From: Pseudarthrobacter oxydans
GTDB lineage: Bacteria; Actinomycetota; Actinomycetes; Actinomycetales; Micrococcaceae
NCBI RefSeq assembly: GCF_030812335.1
Contig: NZ_JAUSSN010000005.1
Span: 189,547-221,546, forward strand
Direction: 5' to 3'
Length of the DNA: 32,000 nucleotides
Shown here: piece by piece, positions 9,180 through 17,960 of the stretch
Layout: each line of letters begins with the position of its first letter
Position numbering within the stretch: position 1 is the stretch's first letter
Translations under genes and position numbers: made by a program
Notes under the pieces: generated by a model
What the model was told of the DNA's origin: nothing
What the model saw: the letters and a program-made list of their open reading frames with translations, nothing else
Database searches by the model: none

Positions 9180-9787
9180 GGGTTCCTCCCGAGGTTTGCG
9201 GACACAAGTTGTGCTGCGGTGTGGCGGGCGGCGGTGGCCGCCGCCGGGTCGGCGTCGAGCACCCCGCTGGCCAGGCCGCCGTCGAGGACCAGGGTCAGGC
9301 TGCGGGCGAGCTGGTCCGGATCCGGGGCGCCGGCCTGGACGGCGAGGTTCCGGATCCAGGCCCTGATGTGTTCCTTGTGCGCCACCGTCCGCGCGTGGAT
9401 GCGGGTTCCGGAGGCGGACTCGGCGGCGGCATTGATGAAGGCGCAGCCGCGGTAGCCGTCGCGGCGGCAGGCGCTGGCCAGGGCATCGAACAGCCCCACC
9501 AACTGGGCCGCGGGATCGGGTCCGGCAGCTTCCGCCGCAGCGTGGAGCTGCCCGGTCCAGACCCCGTCGACCTCCTCCAGGTAGGCCAGGATCAGGTCAT
9601 CCTTGGCCGGGAAGTACTTGTAGAACGTGGCCTTCGCGACGCCGGACTCGGCGATGATCGTATCGATGCCGGCGGCCCGGAGCCCCTGGGCGTAGAAAAG
9701 CCGGAAGGCCGTGGCCAGGATCTTGTCCCTTGCCTGCCCCGGAGGCGTGCGGGCGGCCTGTGGTGCTGCGGCTGCTGGCGGCGTCAT
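9176..9787 (-). CDS. TetR/AcrR family transcriptional regulator
   Basis: N-terminal HTH RDKILATAFRLFYAQGLRAAGIDTIIAESGVAKATFYKYFPAKDDL. ATG at 9787 (MTPPAAAAP...) is preferred over the TTG at 9808 used by the track. Confidence 0.85.
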   Translation of the reverse strand: MTPPAAAAPQAARTPPGQARDKILATAFRLFYAQGLRAAGIDTIIAESGVAKATFYKYFPAKDDLILAYLEEVDGVWTGQLHAAAEAAGPDPAAQLVGLFDALASACRRDGYRGCAFINAAAESASGTRIHARTVAHKEHIRAWIRNLAVQAGAPDPDQLARSLTLVLDGGLASGVLDADPAAATAARHTAAQLVSANLGRNP

Positions 9788-9802
9788 GGCTCCATGGTAC
9801 CC

Positions 9803-9881
9803 AGACAACTCTGTCTATGGTTGCCCTAGACAGACCTGTCTGATAGCTTCCTGCTGAGGGGTAGACGGAAGTGTCTACCCC
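9803..9881. promoter_or_regulatory. Three palindromes sharing a TAGAC/GTCTA half-site in the tetR / oxidoreductase divergent region (candidate TetR operators)
   Basis: P1 AGACA-actc-TGTCT (9803-9816). P2 AGACAG-ac-CTGTCT (9828-9841). P3 GGGGTAGAC-ggaagt-GTCTACCCC (9858-9881, perfect 9-bp arms). Confidence 0.45.
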
Positions 9882-9934
9882 GGGATGGCCTGACCCGGCC
9901 ATTCCGTACTGAACCATCCAGAACTGAGGACGTC

Positions 9935-10615
9935 GTGAAGATTGCTGTACTGGGAACCGGATCCGTTGGCCCCACGATCGCCGCGGCACTGTCCGCGCTC
10001 GGGCATGACGTCGTGATCGGCACGCGGGATCCGAAGGCGACGCTGGCCCGGACCGAGCCCGGTGCGACGGGCGGCCCGGCCTTTGCCGCCTGGCACGCGG
10101 CGCACAGCCGGGTCGACGTCGCCACATTCGCGGACGCCGCCGCCCGCGCGGAGCTGGTCGTCAACGCCACCAACGGCGCGGGCTCCCTTGAGGCGCTCAC
10201 CGCGGCAGGGGCGGCAAACCTGGCCGGCAAGGTGATCATGGATGTCGCGAACCCGCTGGACTTCTCCCGCGGGTTTCCGCCGTCGCTGAACCCCGTGAAC
10301 ACCGACAGCCTCGGCGAACAGATCCAGCGGGCCTTCCCGGAGGCCCGGGTAGTCAAGACCCTCAACACGATGACCGCCAGCGTGATGGTGGATCCGGCGA
10401 GTGTGGCCGGCGGCGACCACTCGGTCTTCGTTTCCGGCAATGACGCGGCCGCCAAGGAGATCGTGAGCGGGCTGCTTAAGGGGTTCGGGCACCGGGACAT
10501 CATTGACCTGGGCGACATCACCACCGCCCGCGGCGCCGAAATGGTCCTGCCGATCTGGGTGCGGCTCTGGGGCGCGCTGGGCACCGGGGCGTTCAACTTC
10601 AAAATCGCCCGGTAG
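9935..10615 (+). CDS. NAD(P)-binding oxidoreductase of the NADPH-dependent F420 reductase / F420_oxidored family
   Basis: 226 aa. N-terminal Rossmann motif MKIAVLGTGSVGPTIAAALSALGHDVVIGTRDP. GTG start. Divergent from tetR. Confidence 0.78.
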   Translation: MKIAVLGTGSVGPTIAAALSALGHDVVIGTRDPKATLARTEPGATGGPAFAAWHAAHSRVDVATFADAAARAELVVNATNGAGSLEALTAAGAANLAGKVIMDVANPLDFSRGFPPSLNPVNTDSLGEQIQRAFPEARVVKTLNTMTASVMVDPASVAGGDHSVFVSGNDAAAKEIVSGLLKGFGHRDIIDLGDITTARGAEMVLPIWVRLWGALGTGAFNFKIAR

Positions 10616-10636
10616 GTCTTCACCAAAAACCCACTC

Positions 10637-10680
10637 GCAGTTGTGGCGCCTTTTGGGTGCCCGAAAGGTGCCACAACTGC
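10637..10680. terminator. Long, near-perfect stem-loop (about 20 bp) after the oxidoreductase gene
   Basis: GCAGTTGTGGCGCCTTTTGGG-tg-CCCGAAAGGTGCCACAACTGC. I paired it position by position: 19 Watson-Crick pairs plus 2 G.U pairs. There is no T-tract on the + strand. On the minus strand it is followed by GAGTGGGTTTTTGG. Confidence 0.45.
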
Positions 10681-10843
10681 CAGTCACATGACAGACATCA
10701 CGTTGCCCGGACAAGGAACCGGACACAATCTGAGACGGATTCCCCGGCGGCCGTGGCTGCGGGTAGCATCTTTAGGAAGAAAGTAACCCGGCTCACAGTA
10801 TCCAGCGCAGTGTACGAGCCAAGTCTCTCGAAAGATTGTCTCC

Positions 10844-13660
10844 ATGGCTGACACTGCAACGAATCCCGGCACCGATCTTGCCTCCGAACTGCGCGCGGAC
10901 GTCCGCAGGGTCTCTACCCTCCTTGGCGAATCCCTGGTCCGCCAGCACGGGCCCGAACTCCTGGACCTGGTGGAGCAGGTGCGCCTGCTGACCAAGGAGT
11001 CCAAGGAAGCCGCCCGCGGCGGCGCGGATGCCACCGGGCCCTGGAGCTCGTACGACGTCGTCGCCCAGGTCCGGGAACTGCTCGGCTCGCTGCCCCTGGA
11101 GCAGGCGACCGACCTGGTCCGCGCCTTCGCGTTCTACTTCCACCTGGCCAACGCCGCCGAGCAGGTGCACCGGGTCCGCGGGCTGCGCACCCGGCAGGAA
11201 AAGGACGGCTGGCTGGCCAAGGCTGTCACCGACATCGCCGGCCAGGCCGGCCCCTCGGTGCTGCAGGAAGTCGTGAACGAACTCGACGTCCGGCCCATCT
11301 TCACCGCGCACCCCACCGAGGCCTCCCGCCGCTCCGTGCTGGACAAGGTCCGCCGGCTCTCCGACATCCTTGCCGAGAGCACCGCGGAGGGCACGTCCGC
11401 GCGGCGCCGCCAGGACCGCCAGCTCGCCGAGGTGATCGACCAGATGTGGCAGACGGACGAACTCCGCCAGGTCCGGCCCACCCCGGTGGACGAGGCCCGC
11501 AACGCGATCTACTACCTCACCGGCATCCTCGGCGACGCCATGCCGGAGATGCTCTCCGACCTCTCCGAGCTGCTCGCCGAACACGGTGTCAGCCTCCCCG
11601 CGGAGAAGGCGCCGATCCGGTTCGGCTCCTGGATCGGCGGCGACCGGGACGGCAACCCCAACGTCACCGCGGCCGTCACCCGCGAAATCCTGCAGATCCA
11701 GAACCAGCACGCCATCCGGATCAGCATCGGCCTGATCGACGGGCTGATCTCCATCCTGTCCAACTCGACCGCACTCGCCGGGGCGGACCAGGAGCTGCTG
11801 GACTCGATCGACGTCGACCTCAAGAACCTCCCGGGCCTGGACCGCCGCGTCCTCGAACTGAATGCCCAGGAGCCGTACCGGCTCAAACTCACCTGCATCA
11901 AGGCCAAGCTGCTCAACACGGGCCGGCGCGTCGCCGCCGGATCGACGCACGAACCGGGCCGCGACTACACCGCCACCGCGGAGCTCCTCGCCGAGCTGGG
12001 CCTGCTGGAGCGCTCGCTGCGCAACCACCACGCCGCGCTCGCCGCCGACGGCGCCCTGGCCCGGGTCCGGCGCGCCATCGCCTCCTTCGGTTTGCACCTG
12101 GCCACCCTCGACATCCGCGAACACGCCGACCACCACCACGACGCCGTAGGGCAGCTGATGGACCGCCTCGGCGGCCCCGGCGTCCGGTACGCGGAACTCA
12201 GCCGTTCCGAGCGGCTCGAGGTGCTCGGGTCCGAGCTCGCCTCCCGCCGCCCGCTGTCCGGCCACCCGATCAAGCTCGACGGCGTCGCCGACGGCACCTA
12301 CGACGTCTTCCGCGAGATCCGGCGGGCCCTGCGCACCTACGGCCCGGACGTGATCGAGACGTACATCATCTCGATGACCCGCGGCGCGGACGACGTCCTG
12401 GCAGCGGCGGTGCTGGCCCGCGAGGCCGGCCTGGTCAGCCTCTTCGGCACGGCCCCGTACGCCCGAATCGGCTTCGCCCCGCTCCTGGAAACGGTGGAGG
12501 AACTGCGGGCCTCGGCCGAGATTGTGGACCAGCTGCTCTCCGATTCCTCCTACCGCGAGCTGGTCCGGCTGCGCGGCGACGTCCAGGAAATCATGCTCGG
12601 CTACTCGGACTCCAACAAGGAATCCGGGGTGATGACCAGCCAGTGGGAGATTCACAAGACCCAGCGCAAACTCCGGGACATCGCGGCGAAGCACGGGGTG
12701 CGGGTGCGCCTGTTCCACGGCCGCGGCGGGTCCGTGGGCCGCGGCGGCGGGCCGACCTACGACGCCATCATGGCCCAGCCGAACGGGGTGCTGGAAGGCG
12801 AGATCAAGTTCACCGAACAGGGTGAGGTCATCTCGGACAAGTACTCGCTGCCCGAACTCGCCCGCGAAAACCTGGAGCTCTCGCTTGCTGCGGTCATGCA
12901 GGGCTCCGCGCTGCACCGCACACCGCGCACCTCGGAGGACCAGCGCGAACGCTACGGCCACGTGATGGATACCATTTCCGATGCCGCCTTCGCCCGGTAC
13001 CGGACGCTGATCGATGACCCGGACCTGCCCGCCTACTTCATGGCGTCCACGCCGGTGGAACAGCTGGGGTCACTCAACATCGGCTCCCGACCCTCCAAGC
13101 GGCCCGATTCCGGCGCGGGCCTCGAGGGCCTGCGGGCCATCCCGTGGGTCTTCGGCTGGACGCAGTCCCGCCAGATCGTCCCGGGCTGGTTCGGCGTCGG
13201 CTCAGGGCTCAAGGCCGCCCGCGAGGCCGGCCACTCGGCCCAGCTGGTGGAGATGATGGAGGGCTGGCACTTCTTCCGCTCGGTGCTCTCCAACGTGGAA
13301 ATGACGCTGGCGAAGACGGACATGGACATCGCCGGCTACTACGTCTCCACCCTCGTCCCGGAGGAACTCCACCACCTGTTCCGCACTATCCGGGCCGAAT
13401 ACGAGCTGACCGTCACCGAGATCCAGAACCTGACGGGCGAGGACCTGCTGCTCGACGCGCAGCCCACCCTGAAGCGATCCCTGGAGATCCGGGACCAGTA
13501 CCTCGATCCGATCAGCTACCTTCAGGTGGAACTGCTGCGCCGGATCCGTTCCGACGCCGCCGCGGGGAGCATGCCCAACGGCGAGATCGACGAGCGACTC
13601 CAGCGCGCCATGCTGATCACGGTCAACGGCGTGGCGGCGGGCCTGCGCAACACCGGCTAA
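10844..13660 (+). CDS. ppc: Phosphoenolpyruvate carboxylase
   Basis: 938 aa. Canonical motifs [49 protein letters not shown] and C-terminal [14 protein letters not shown]. Confidence 0.97.
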   Translation: MADTATNPGTDLASELRADVRRVSTLLGESLVRQHGPELLDLVEQVRLLTKESKEAARGGADATGPWSSYDVVAQVRELLGSLPLEQATDLVRAFAFYFHLANAAEQVHRVRGLRTRQEKDGWLAKAVTDIAGQAGPSVLQEVVNELDVRPIFTAHPTEASRRSVLDKVRRLSDILAESTAEGTSARRRQDRQLAEVIDQMWQTDELRQVRPTPVDEARNAIYYLTGILGDAMPEMLSDLSELLAEHGVSLPAEKAPIRFGSWIGGDRDGNPNVTAAVTREILQIQNQHAIRISIGLIDGLISILSNSTALAGADQELLDSIDVDLKNLPGLDRRVLELNAQEPYRLKLTCIKAKLLNTGRRVAAGSTHEPGRDYTATAELLAELGLLERSLRNHHAALAADGALARVRRAIASFGLHLATLDIREHADHHHDAVGQLMDRLGGPGVRYAELSRSERLEVLGSELASRRPLSGHPIKLDGVADGTYDVFREIRRALRTYGPDVIETYIISMTRGADDVLAAAVLAREAGLVSLFGTAPYARIGFAPLLETVEELRASAEIVDQLLSDSSYRELVRLRGDVQEIMLGYSDSNKESGVMTSQWEIHKTQRKLRDIAAKHGVRVRLFHGRGGSVGRGGGPTYDAIMAQPNGVLEGEIKFTEQGEVISDKYSLPELARENLELSLAAVMQGSALHRTPRTSEDQRERYGHVMDTISDAAFARYRTLIDDPDLPAYFMASTPVEQLGSLNIGSRPSKRPDSGAGLEGLRAIPWVFGWTQSRQIVPGWFGVGSGLKAAREAGHSAQLVEMMEGWHFFRSVLSNVEMTLAKTDMDIAGYYVSTLVPEELHHLFRTIRAEYELTVTEIQNLTGEDLLLDAQPTLKRSLEIRDQYLDPISYLQVELLRRIRSDAAAGSMPNGEIDERLQRAMLITVNGVAAGLRNTG

Positions 13661-13672
13661 GTCCGGCGTCCT

Positions 13673-14449
13673 TCACCGTCCGCCGTTTTCCCGGTGCCGC
13701 GGTTCTGCGCTCTCCCCGTAGGGGACCACGACGGTCCGGCGCGCTGTGCCGCCGTCGTCATAGGGCAGGGTCCTCACCGGAACGCCGTAGAGCTCCGTGA
13801 GTGAGGTGTCCGAGAGCAGCTCTTCCGCGGGGCCGGTCACTGTTCCGCTCCGGCTCAGGAGAACAGCGCTGTCGGCCAGGTACAGGGCGTGGTCCGGGTG
13901 GTGGGTGCTCAGGAGCAGGGCCATGCCGTCGGCCATCAACTCGCGCAGGAGTGACAGGACCCGCACCTGGTTCTTGAGATCGAGCCCGGTGGCAGGCTCG
14001 TCCAGCACCAGGACGGGACAGCCCGCGGCGATGGCCCGGGCTATCAGAATGAGTTGCTGCTCGCCGCCGCTGAGGGTAGGAAACCGCCGGTTGCGCAGTC
14101 CGGGTACGCCGACCCTGTCTATCGCGTCCAGGGCGGCGGCCCGGTCCCTGGCCCCAGGTGTCCGGAAGACCCCGACCTGCCGGGCCCGCCCCATCAGGAC
14201 CATGTCCAGGGCCGTGTACCCGAACGCGCTGCCGCGGGCCTGCGGCACGTACCCGGCACCGTCGGCGCGGTGGACCGTGCCCGCCGCCGGCGCCAGCAGC
14301 CCGGCCGCGCAGCGGACCAGCGTGGTTTTGCCGCTGCCGTTCGGACCCAGCACCGCGGTGGCCGTGCCTTGCGGTACCCGGAAGCTGACGTCCCGGAAGA
14401 CCCAGTCCTGCCGGGCGTAGCCGAATCCCACACCGTCCAGCTCAAGCAC
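13673..14449 (-). CDS. Chelate-type (FecE/BtuD-class) ABC transporter ATP-binding protein
   Basis: Walker A GPNGSGKTT, signature LSGGEQQ, Walker B VLVLDEP. The start is uncertain. GTG 14449 (M-LELDGVGFGY...) overlaps the permease stop by 8 nt. The alternatives are GTG 14467 and GTG 14524. Confidence 0.85.
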   Translation of the reverse strand: MLELDGVGFGYARQDWVFRDVSFRVPQGTATAVLGPNGSGKTTLVRCAAGLLAPAAGTVHRADGAGYVPQARGSAFGYTALDMVLMGRARQVGVFRTPGARDRAAALDAIDRVGVPGLRNRRFPTLSGGEQQLILIARAIAAGCPVLVLDEPATGLDLKNQVRVLSLLRELMADGMALLLSTHHPDHALYLADSAVLLSRSGTVTGPAEELLSDTSLTELYGVPVRTLPYDDGGTARRTVVVPYGESAEPRHRENGGR

Positions 14450-15548
14450 TTTCCCAGATCCTGTCACGGTTCCGGCGCAGCAGCAGGAAGAAAACGGGGG
14501 CGCCGATAAGGGCAGTGAGGACACCCAACGGAATTTCCCCGGCGGTAAGGGTGCGGGCCACGGTGTCGACCAGGATGATGTAGGCGCCGCCGAGAAGGAA
14601 GGACACCGGCAGGAGTACCCGATGGTCCGGGCCCACCCACATCCGCGCCAGATGCGGCACTACCAGGCCCACCCAGCTGACCGCCCCGCTGACTGCCACG
14701 GCGCCGGCGACAATCAGTGCCACCGCCACCAGCACCACCCAGCGCAGGGGGCGCGGTTTGACGCCCAGGGCGGCGGCATCCTCGTCGCCCAGTGAGAGCA
14801 CGTTGATGCGCCAGCGCAGCAATAGGAGCACTGCGGTGCCGCCCAATACAGGGACCAGCGCGACGGCGACCTTGGCGTACGTCGCGGTGGACAAGCTGCC
14901 AAGCAGCCAGAAAACGATGGCTGGCAGAGTGGTGTTGGGGTCCGCGAGGTAGGTCACCAGCGCCACCAAGGCTGAAAAGAACGAACCCGTAACGACACCG
15001 CCGAGCACGATCATCAGCATCGAGGAGCCGCCGCGGCCCGATGTGATCAGGATCAGCATTACGAGGGCTGCCATGCCGAAGAAGAAAGAACCCGCGACCA
15101 GCATGAACGGCCCCAGCCCGAGCAGGAGGGCCAGCGCTCCGCCGAACGAGGCCCCCGCGGATACCCCGATGATCTCCGGGCTGACCAGGGGGTTCCGGAA
15201 GATGGCCTGCAGGGCGGCACCGCCGATCGCCAGTCCGCCGCCCACCAGCAGCCCAAGCAGGATCCGGGGAAGCCGCACGAGCAGGACGACGTTCTGCTCG
15301 GTCTCGCTGGCTTCGAGCGGGAAGGGCACGATCTGTGCGGCGAGAATTTGGACGACGTGCCACACCGGCACGTGGAACCTGCCGAGCGCCAGCGCGAGCA
15401 GTCCGGCCGCGGTCAGTACGACGGCGGCGAGGGAAACGGGCCCCAGAACGGCAAGTGTCCGGCCGCGTACTCCCGGCCCGGGCCGGTGGGCGGTCCGGCC
15501 GGCCCGCGGGCCACGGCGCTTCAGCCGCGCTGGACTGGCCTCATCCAG
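14442..15548 (-). CDS. FecCD-family ABC transporter permease (iron/cobalamin/metal-chelate class)
   Basis: Highly hydrophobic, about 9-10 TM segments, typical FecCD C-terminus ...GEIPLGVLTALIGAPVFFLLLRR. ATG 15548 overlaps the SBP stop by 8 nt (ATGCTGGATGA) and is preferred over the track start at 15656. Confidence 0.85.
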   Translation of the reverse strand: MDEASPARLKRRGPRAGRTAHRPGPGVRGRTLAVLGPVSLAAVVLTAAGLLALALGRFHVPVWHVVQILAAQIVPFPLEASETEQNVVLLVRLPRILLGLLVGGGLAIGGAALQAIFRNPLVSPEIIGVSAGASFGGALALLLGLGPFMLVAGSFFFGMAALVMLILITSGRGGSSMLMIVLGGVVTGSFFSALVALVTYLADPNTTLPAIVFWLLGSLSTATYAKVAVALVPVLGGTAVLLLLRWRINVLSLGDEDAAALGVKPRPLRWVVLVAVALIVAGAVAVSGAVSWVGLVVPHLARMWVGPDHRVLLPVSFLLGGAYIILVDTVARTLTAGEIPLGVLTALIGAPVFFLLLRRNRDRIWESA

Positions 15549-16695
15549 CATTGAACTGTTGGTAATTGGCTGAACCGCTGTTCTCCGTGACCCACAGAAT
15601 CCGGTCCAGGGCGTCCTCCGAGGGCTCCTGGCCATAAAGGAACTGGAAGTATTCACGAACTTTGCCGCGCAGCGCTGACCGTTCCTGGGGAAAAGCGACT
15701 GCCGTGAGCCAGTGCCACATGAGCGGTGATTCCTGCCCTGGGGGGTCCCAGCGGTAGCCGCCGAGGGGAACCTTGTAGACGCGCCGCGAGCGGACAGCGG
15801 AAATGGTCTGCCACACCGGGTTCGAATAGATGTCCTGGGGCATGGCCTGGTCGAAATTGCCCAGCAGGATGACCTCGGGATCCCATCTCAGGACCTGCTC
15901 CACGTCCAGGCCCACCATGCCCGAACCGGTCAACGGGTCCTGGCCGGTGGCGGGGTTGGTGCCGCCGACAAGTTTGATGTAGAAGTCGTTGTACGTATCG
16001 GCCGCCGCGGCTTTGAGCCCGCCGGTGAACCGGTTGAAGTAGAGAATGCTGGGCCCCTCGGAGCCGCGGCCAGCCGCAAGTGACGAGATTTCTTCGAGTT
16101 CCTTGTCGCTGCGGGCCTTGATTTCGGTGGCCCGCTCGGGTTTGCCAAGCATGGCGGCGAACATCGTCACCCAGGCGTCCACGTCCTCCTGTCTGCCGGT
16201 ATTTTTCAGGCCGATCACCGTCAGCCCGGCGTTCTCGAGCGGCTCGATCAGTTGGGCGTCCGACCACTGGATCACCACGTCGGGGTTCAGGGCGCGCACG
16301 CTCTCCACGTTAGGAGTGAAGTCCTGCGTCGCAATGTCGTGGGGCAGTTCCAGCGCCTGCGGAAACATGGTTCCCATGATGCCGTCACGCATCGCGACCC
16401 AGGACGCGTTATGCATGGCACCCAGATGTTCGGCACTGCGGTCGACGGCGACCAGCAGCGACGCTGCCGGCATGGGTATGGTCACTACCCTGGTGACCGG
16501 CCTGGTGAAGGTGACTGTCTTGCCGCGCTGGTCCGTGATGCTGATGCGGTCAGTTGCCGCGGAACCGGTCCCGCCGGCGGCGGGCGAGGCTGCGGGGGAG
16601 AGGCCGGATGCTCCGCACCCGGTGAGCAGGGCTGCGGATCCTCCCGCCATCAACGCCTGAAGCACCGTGCGGCGGGTTGGATCGTCGACTCGCAT
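15541..16695 (-). CDS. Periplasmic-binding-protein class III (Peripla_BP_2, FecB/BtuF/CeuE-like) substrate-binding lipoprotein
   Basis: 384 aa from ATG 16695: MRVDDPTRRTVLQALMAGGSAALLTGC-GASG (twin-Arg plus lipobox). The body is typical of chelate-binding SBPs (...DVVIQWSD..., ...DPEVILLGNF...). The upstream 300 codons of track ORF 15541..17607 are antisense to the DUF6390-like gene and are rejected. Confidence 0.85.
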   Translation of the reverse strand: MRVDDPTRRTVLQALMAGGSAALLTGCGASGLSPAASPAAGGTGSAATDRISITDQRGKTVTFTRPVTRVVTIPMPAASLLVAVDRSAEHLGAMHNASWVAMRDGIMGTMFPQALELPHDIATQDFTPNVESVRALNPDVVIQWSDAQLIEPLENAGLTVIGLKNTGRQEDVDAWVTMFAAMLGKPERATEIKARSDKELEEISSLAAGRGSEGPSILYFNRFTGGLKAAAADTYNDFYIKLVGGTNPATGQDPLTGSGMVGLDVEQVLRWDPEVILLGNFDQAMPQDIYSNPVWQTISAVRSRRVYKVPLGGYRWDPPGQESPLMWHWLTAVAFPQERSALRGKVREYFQFLYGQEPSEDALDRILWVTENSGSANYQQFNAG

Positions 16696-16733
16696 GGTCT
16701 GACCCCCTGAGCGTAGGTTCTTCACAGGATCGC

Positions 16734-16758
16734 CCCGTTGACCAAGGGTGTCAACGGG
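16734..16758. promoter_or_regulatory. Perfect 9-bp inverted repeat in the ABC / DUF6390-like divergent promoter region (candidate operator)
   Basis: CCCGTTGAC-caagggt-GTCAACGGG. It contains TTGAC(-35-like) hexamers in both orientations. It lies 39 nt upstream of the SBP ATG and 79 nt upstream of the DUF6390-like ATG. Confidence 0.35.
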
Positions 16759-16836
16759 CCCGCGGTGCCGGGCCCCTTGTCGGGGTTCGGGGCCGGTGCT
16801 ACTTTCAGAGGACCTTGTGCAGAAGGTGGCCAGATC

Positions 16837-17610
16837 ATGATTCTTGACGGTGCCCAGTTGTTTGTCCGCTACGCCTACCCGCCCAATTCGAGGGGCAGCT
16901 GCGGGCCTCCCGACAGTGATGCGTTGTTGCATTACGGCCAGTCCGGTGTGACGGACCAAGGCCTCCGTGAACTGGCAAAAGGCTTCGCCGGGGCGTGGCC
17001 GTACCTGGAGCTGATTGCGGCCTCCACGGGAATCCGCGATCCCCTCGATTACCGCGTGGTGGAAGCCTACTGGGTGGGCAACAGCCTCCTGGACTCCGTC
17101 GGAATAACCAACATCGGCAACTCCATGGAGGACCGGTTCCGGGCCCGCACGGGACGGCAATTCCCGCACCTGGCGGAAGGGGTCCTGGCCGGCGGGGTTC
17201 CCCACCACAGTTTCCACGTCTTCGAGATCTACCCTTGGCTGGGCCTGCTCCACGATGACCGCCGCCACGCCACCGCCTTGAGTGTGCTCGACCGCTGCCG
17301 CATCCGTTGGGGCGAGGTGCTGGCGATCACCGGCGACGAGGCCGTGGTCCGGTCCCGGCCACTGGTGTGGGATGGAACCTCGCTGGCCGTCGGCGAATCC
17401 GTGGTCGAGTCCGCGAAATACGCGGTGAACGGATCCGGGTTCGTGGCCGGGCTGGCCGTGGGGGACGCGGTGTCGCTCCACTGGGATTGGGTCTGTGACC
17501 GGCTGTCCCCGCGTCAGCTGGAGCGGCTGAAGCACTTCACTGCGCGGCACCTGCGGATTGCCAACAGCGGCGTCGAACACCGCGGCGCCGCGATCGCGCT
17601 GGAACACTAG
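16837..17610 (+). CDS. Conserved hypothetical protein (DUF6390-like by recollection) with a HypC/HupF-like C-terminal module
   Basis: 257 aa from ATG 16837, preceded by GAAGGTGG at 7-nt spacing. The track start at 16738 lies inside the operator-like palindrome. MILDGAQLFVRYAYPPNSRGSCGPPDSDALL... The C-terminal part CRIRWGEVLAITGDEAVV...VGDAVSLHWDWVCDRLSPRQLER aligns by eye with HypC of this window (CLGIPGQVVELLEG...PGTWVLIHMGFALERVDPAGAER). Confidence 0.7.
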   Translation: MILDGAQLFVRYAYPPNSRGSCGPPDSDALLHYGQSGVTDQGLRELAKGFAGAWPYLELIAASTGIRDPLDYRVVEAYWVGNSLLDSVGITNIGNSMEDRFRARTGRQFPHLAEGVLAGGVPHHSFHVFEIYPWLGLLHDDRRHATALSVLDRCRIRWGEVLAITGDEAVVRSRPLVWDGTSLAVGESVVESAKYAVNGSGFVAGLAVGDAVSLHWDWVCDRLSPRQLERLKHFTARHLRIANSGVEHRGAAIALEH

Positions 17611-17621
17611 ACGGCGGCAGG

Positions 17622-17960
17622 CTAGGGGGACTGCGGCGCGGCACTGTCCGGGTCCTCCGGAGGCTCGACCCCGGTGGAGTCGCGGGGCGAGGACCCGCCC
17701 GAGGGCCGACCGGCCGGCGTCGCGTCTGTTCCGGTTTCTCTCCGCCCGGGCTCCAAACCCTCCTGCTTAACCACGTCCTCCCCCCGCCGTGTGGTGCTCT
17801 CGCCGACGCCCTCGGGCGCCCTTGCCGCGTCTTCGGGGGTCTCGTCGGACCCTGGCTGTGCGGGTTCCTTGAGCGGCGGCTCGCTGCCAAAGGCGCGGGC
17901 TGTGCCGGGGGAGGTTCCCTCGGCGGGATCCTTGGCCTCGGGCGAATTAGTCGGTGACAT
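17622..17960 (-). CDS. Hypothetical acidic, Pro/Glu/Gly-rich, probably intrinsically disordered protein at the tail of the hydrogenase operon
   Basis: 112 aa from ATG 17960, preceded by AAGGAG at 6-nt spacing. MSPTNSPEAKDPAEGTSPGT... The strand is ambiguous. ORF 17674..17979 (+) shares the same wobble position and has equal GC3. I prefer the minus strand because of the SD, the operon context, and the implausible 20% Ser in the + ORF. Confidence 0.45.
   Translation of the reverse strand: MSPTNSPEAKDPAEGTSPGTARAFGSEPPLKEPAQPGSDETPEDAARAPEGVGESTTRRGEDVVKQEGLEPGRRETGTDATPAGRPSGGSSPRDSTGVEPPEDPDSAAPQSP

Noticed and set aside
10793-12961. 722-aa minus-strand ORF antisense to ppc, and the 459-aa + ORF 11446..12825
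   Set aside because: ppc is unambiguous, with all catalytic motifs in frame. The alternatives are R/G/A/P-rich shadow ORFs that share the wobble position.
16711-16730. Possible IdeR box upstream of the chelate ABC operon (GTAGGTTCTTCACAGGATC)
   Set aside because: Only about 8/19 matches to the IdeR/DtxR consensus, which is not better than chance in this context.
16696-17607. N-terminal 300 codons of track ORF 15541..17607 (this would make a 688-aa SBP)
   Set aside because: The SBP has a clean Tat/lipoprotein signal starting at ATG 16695 with an SD. The extension is antisense to the DUF6390-like gene and has junk composition.
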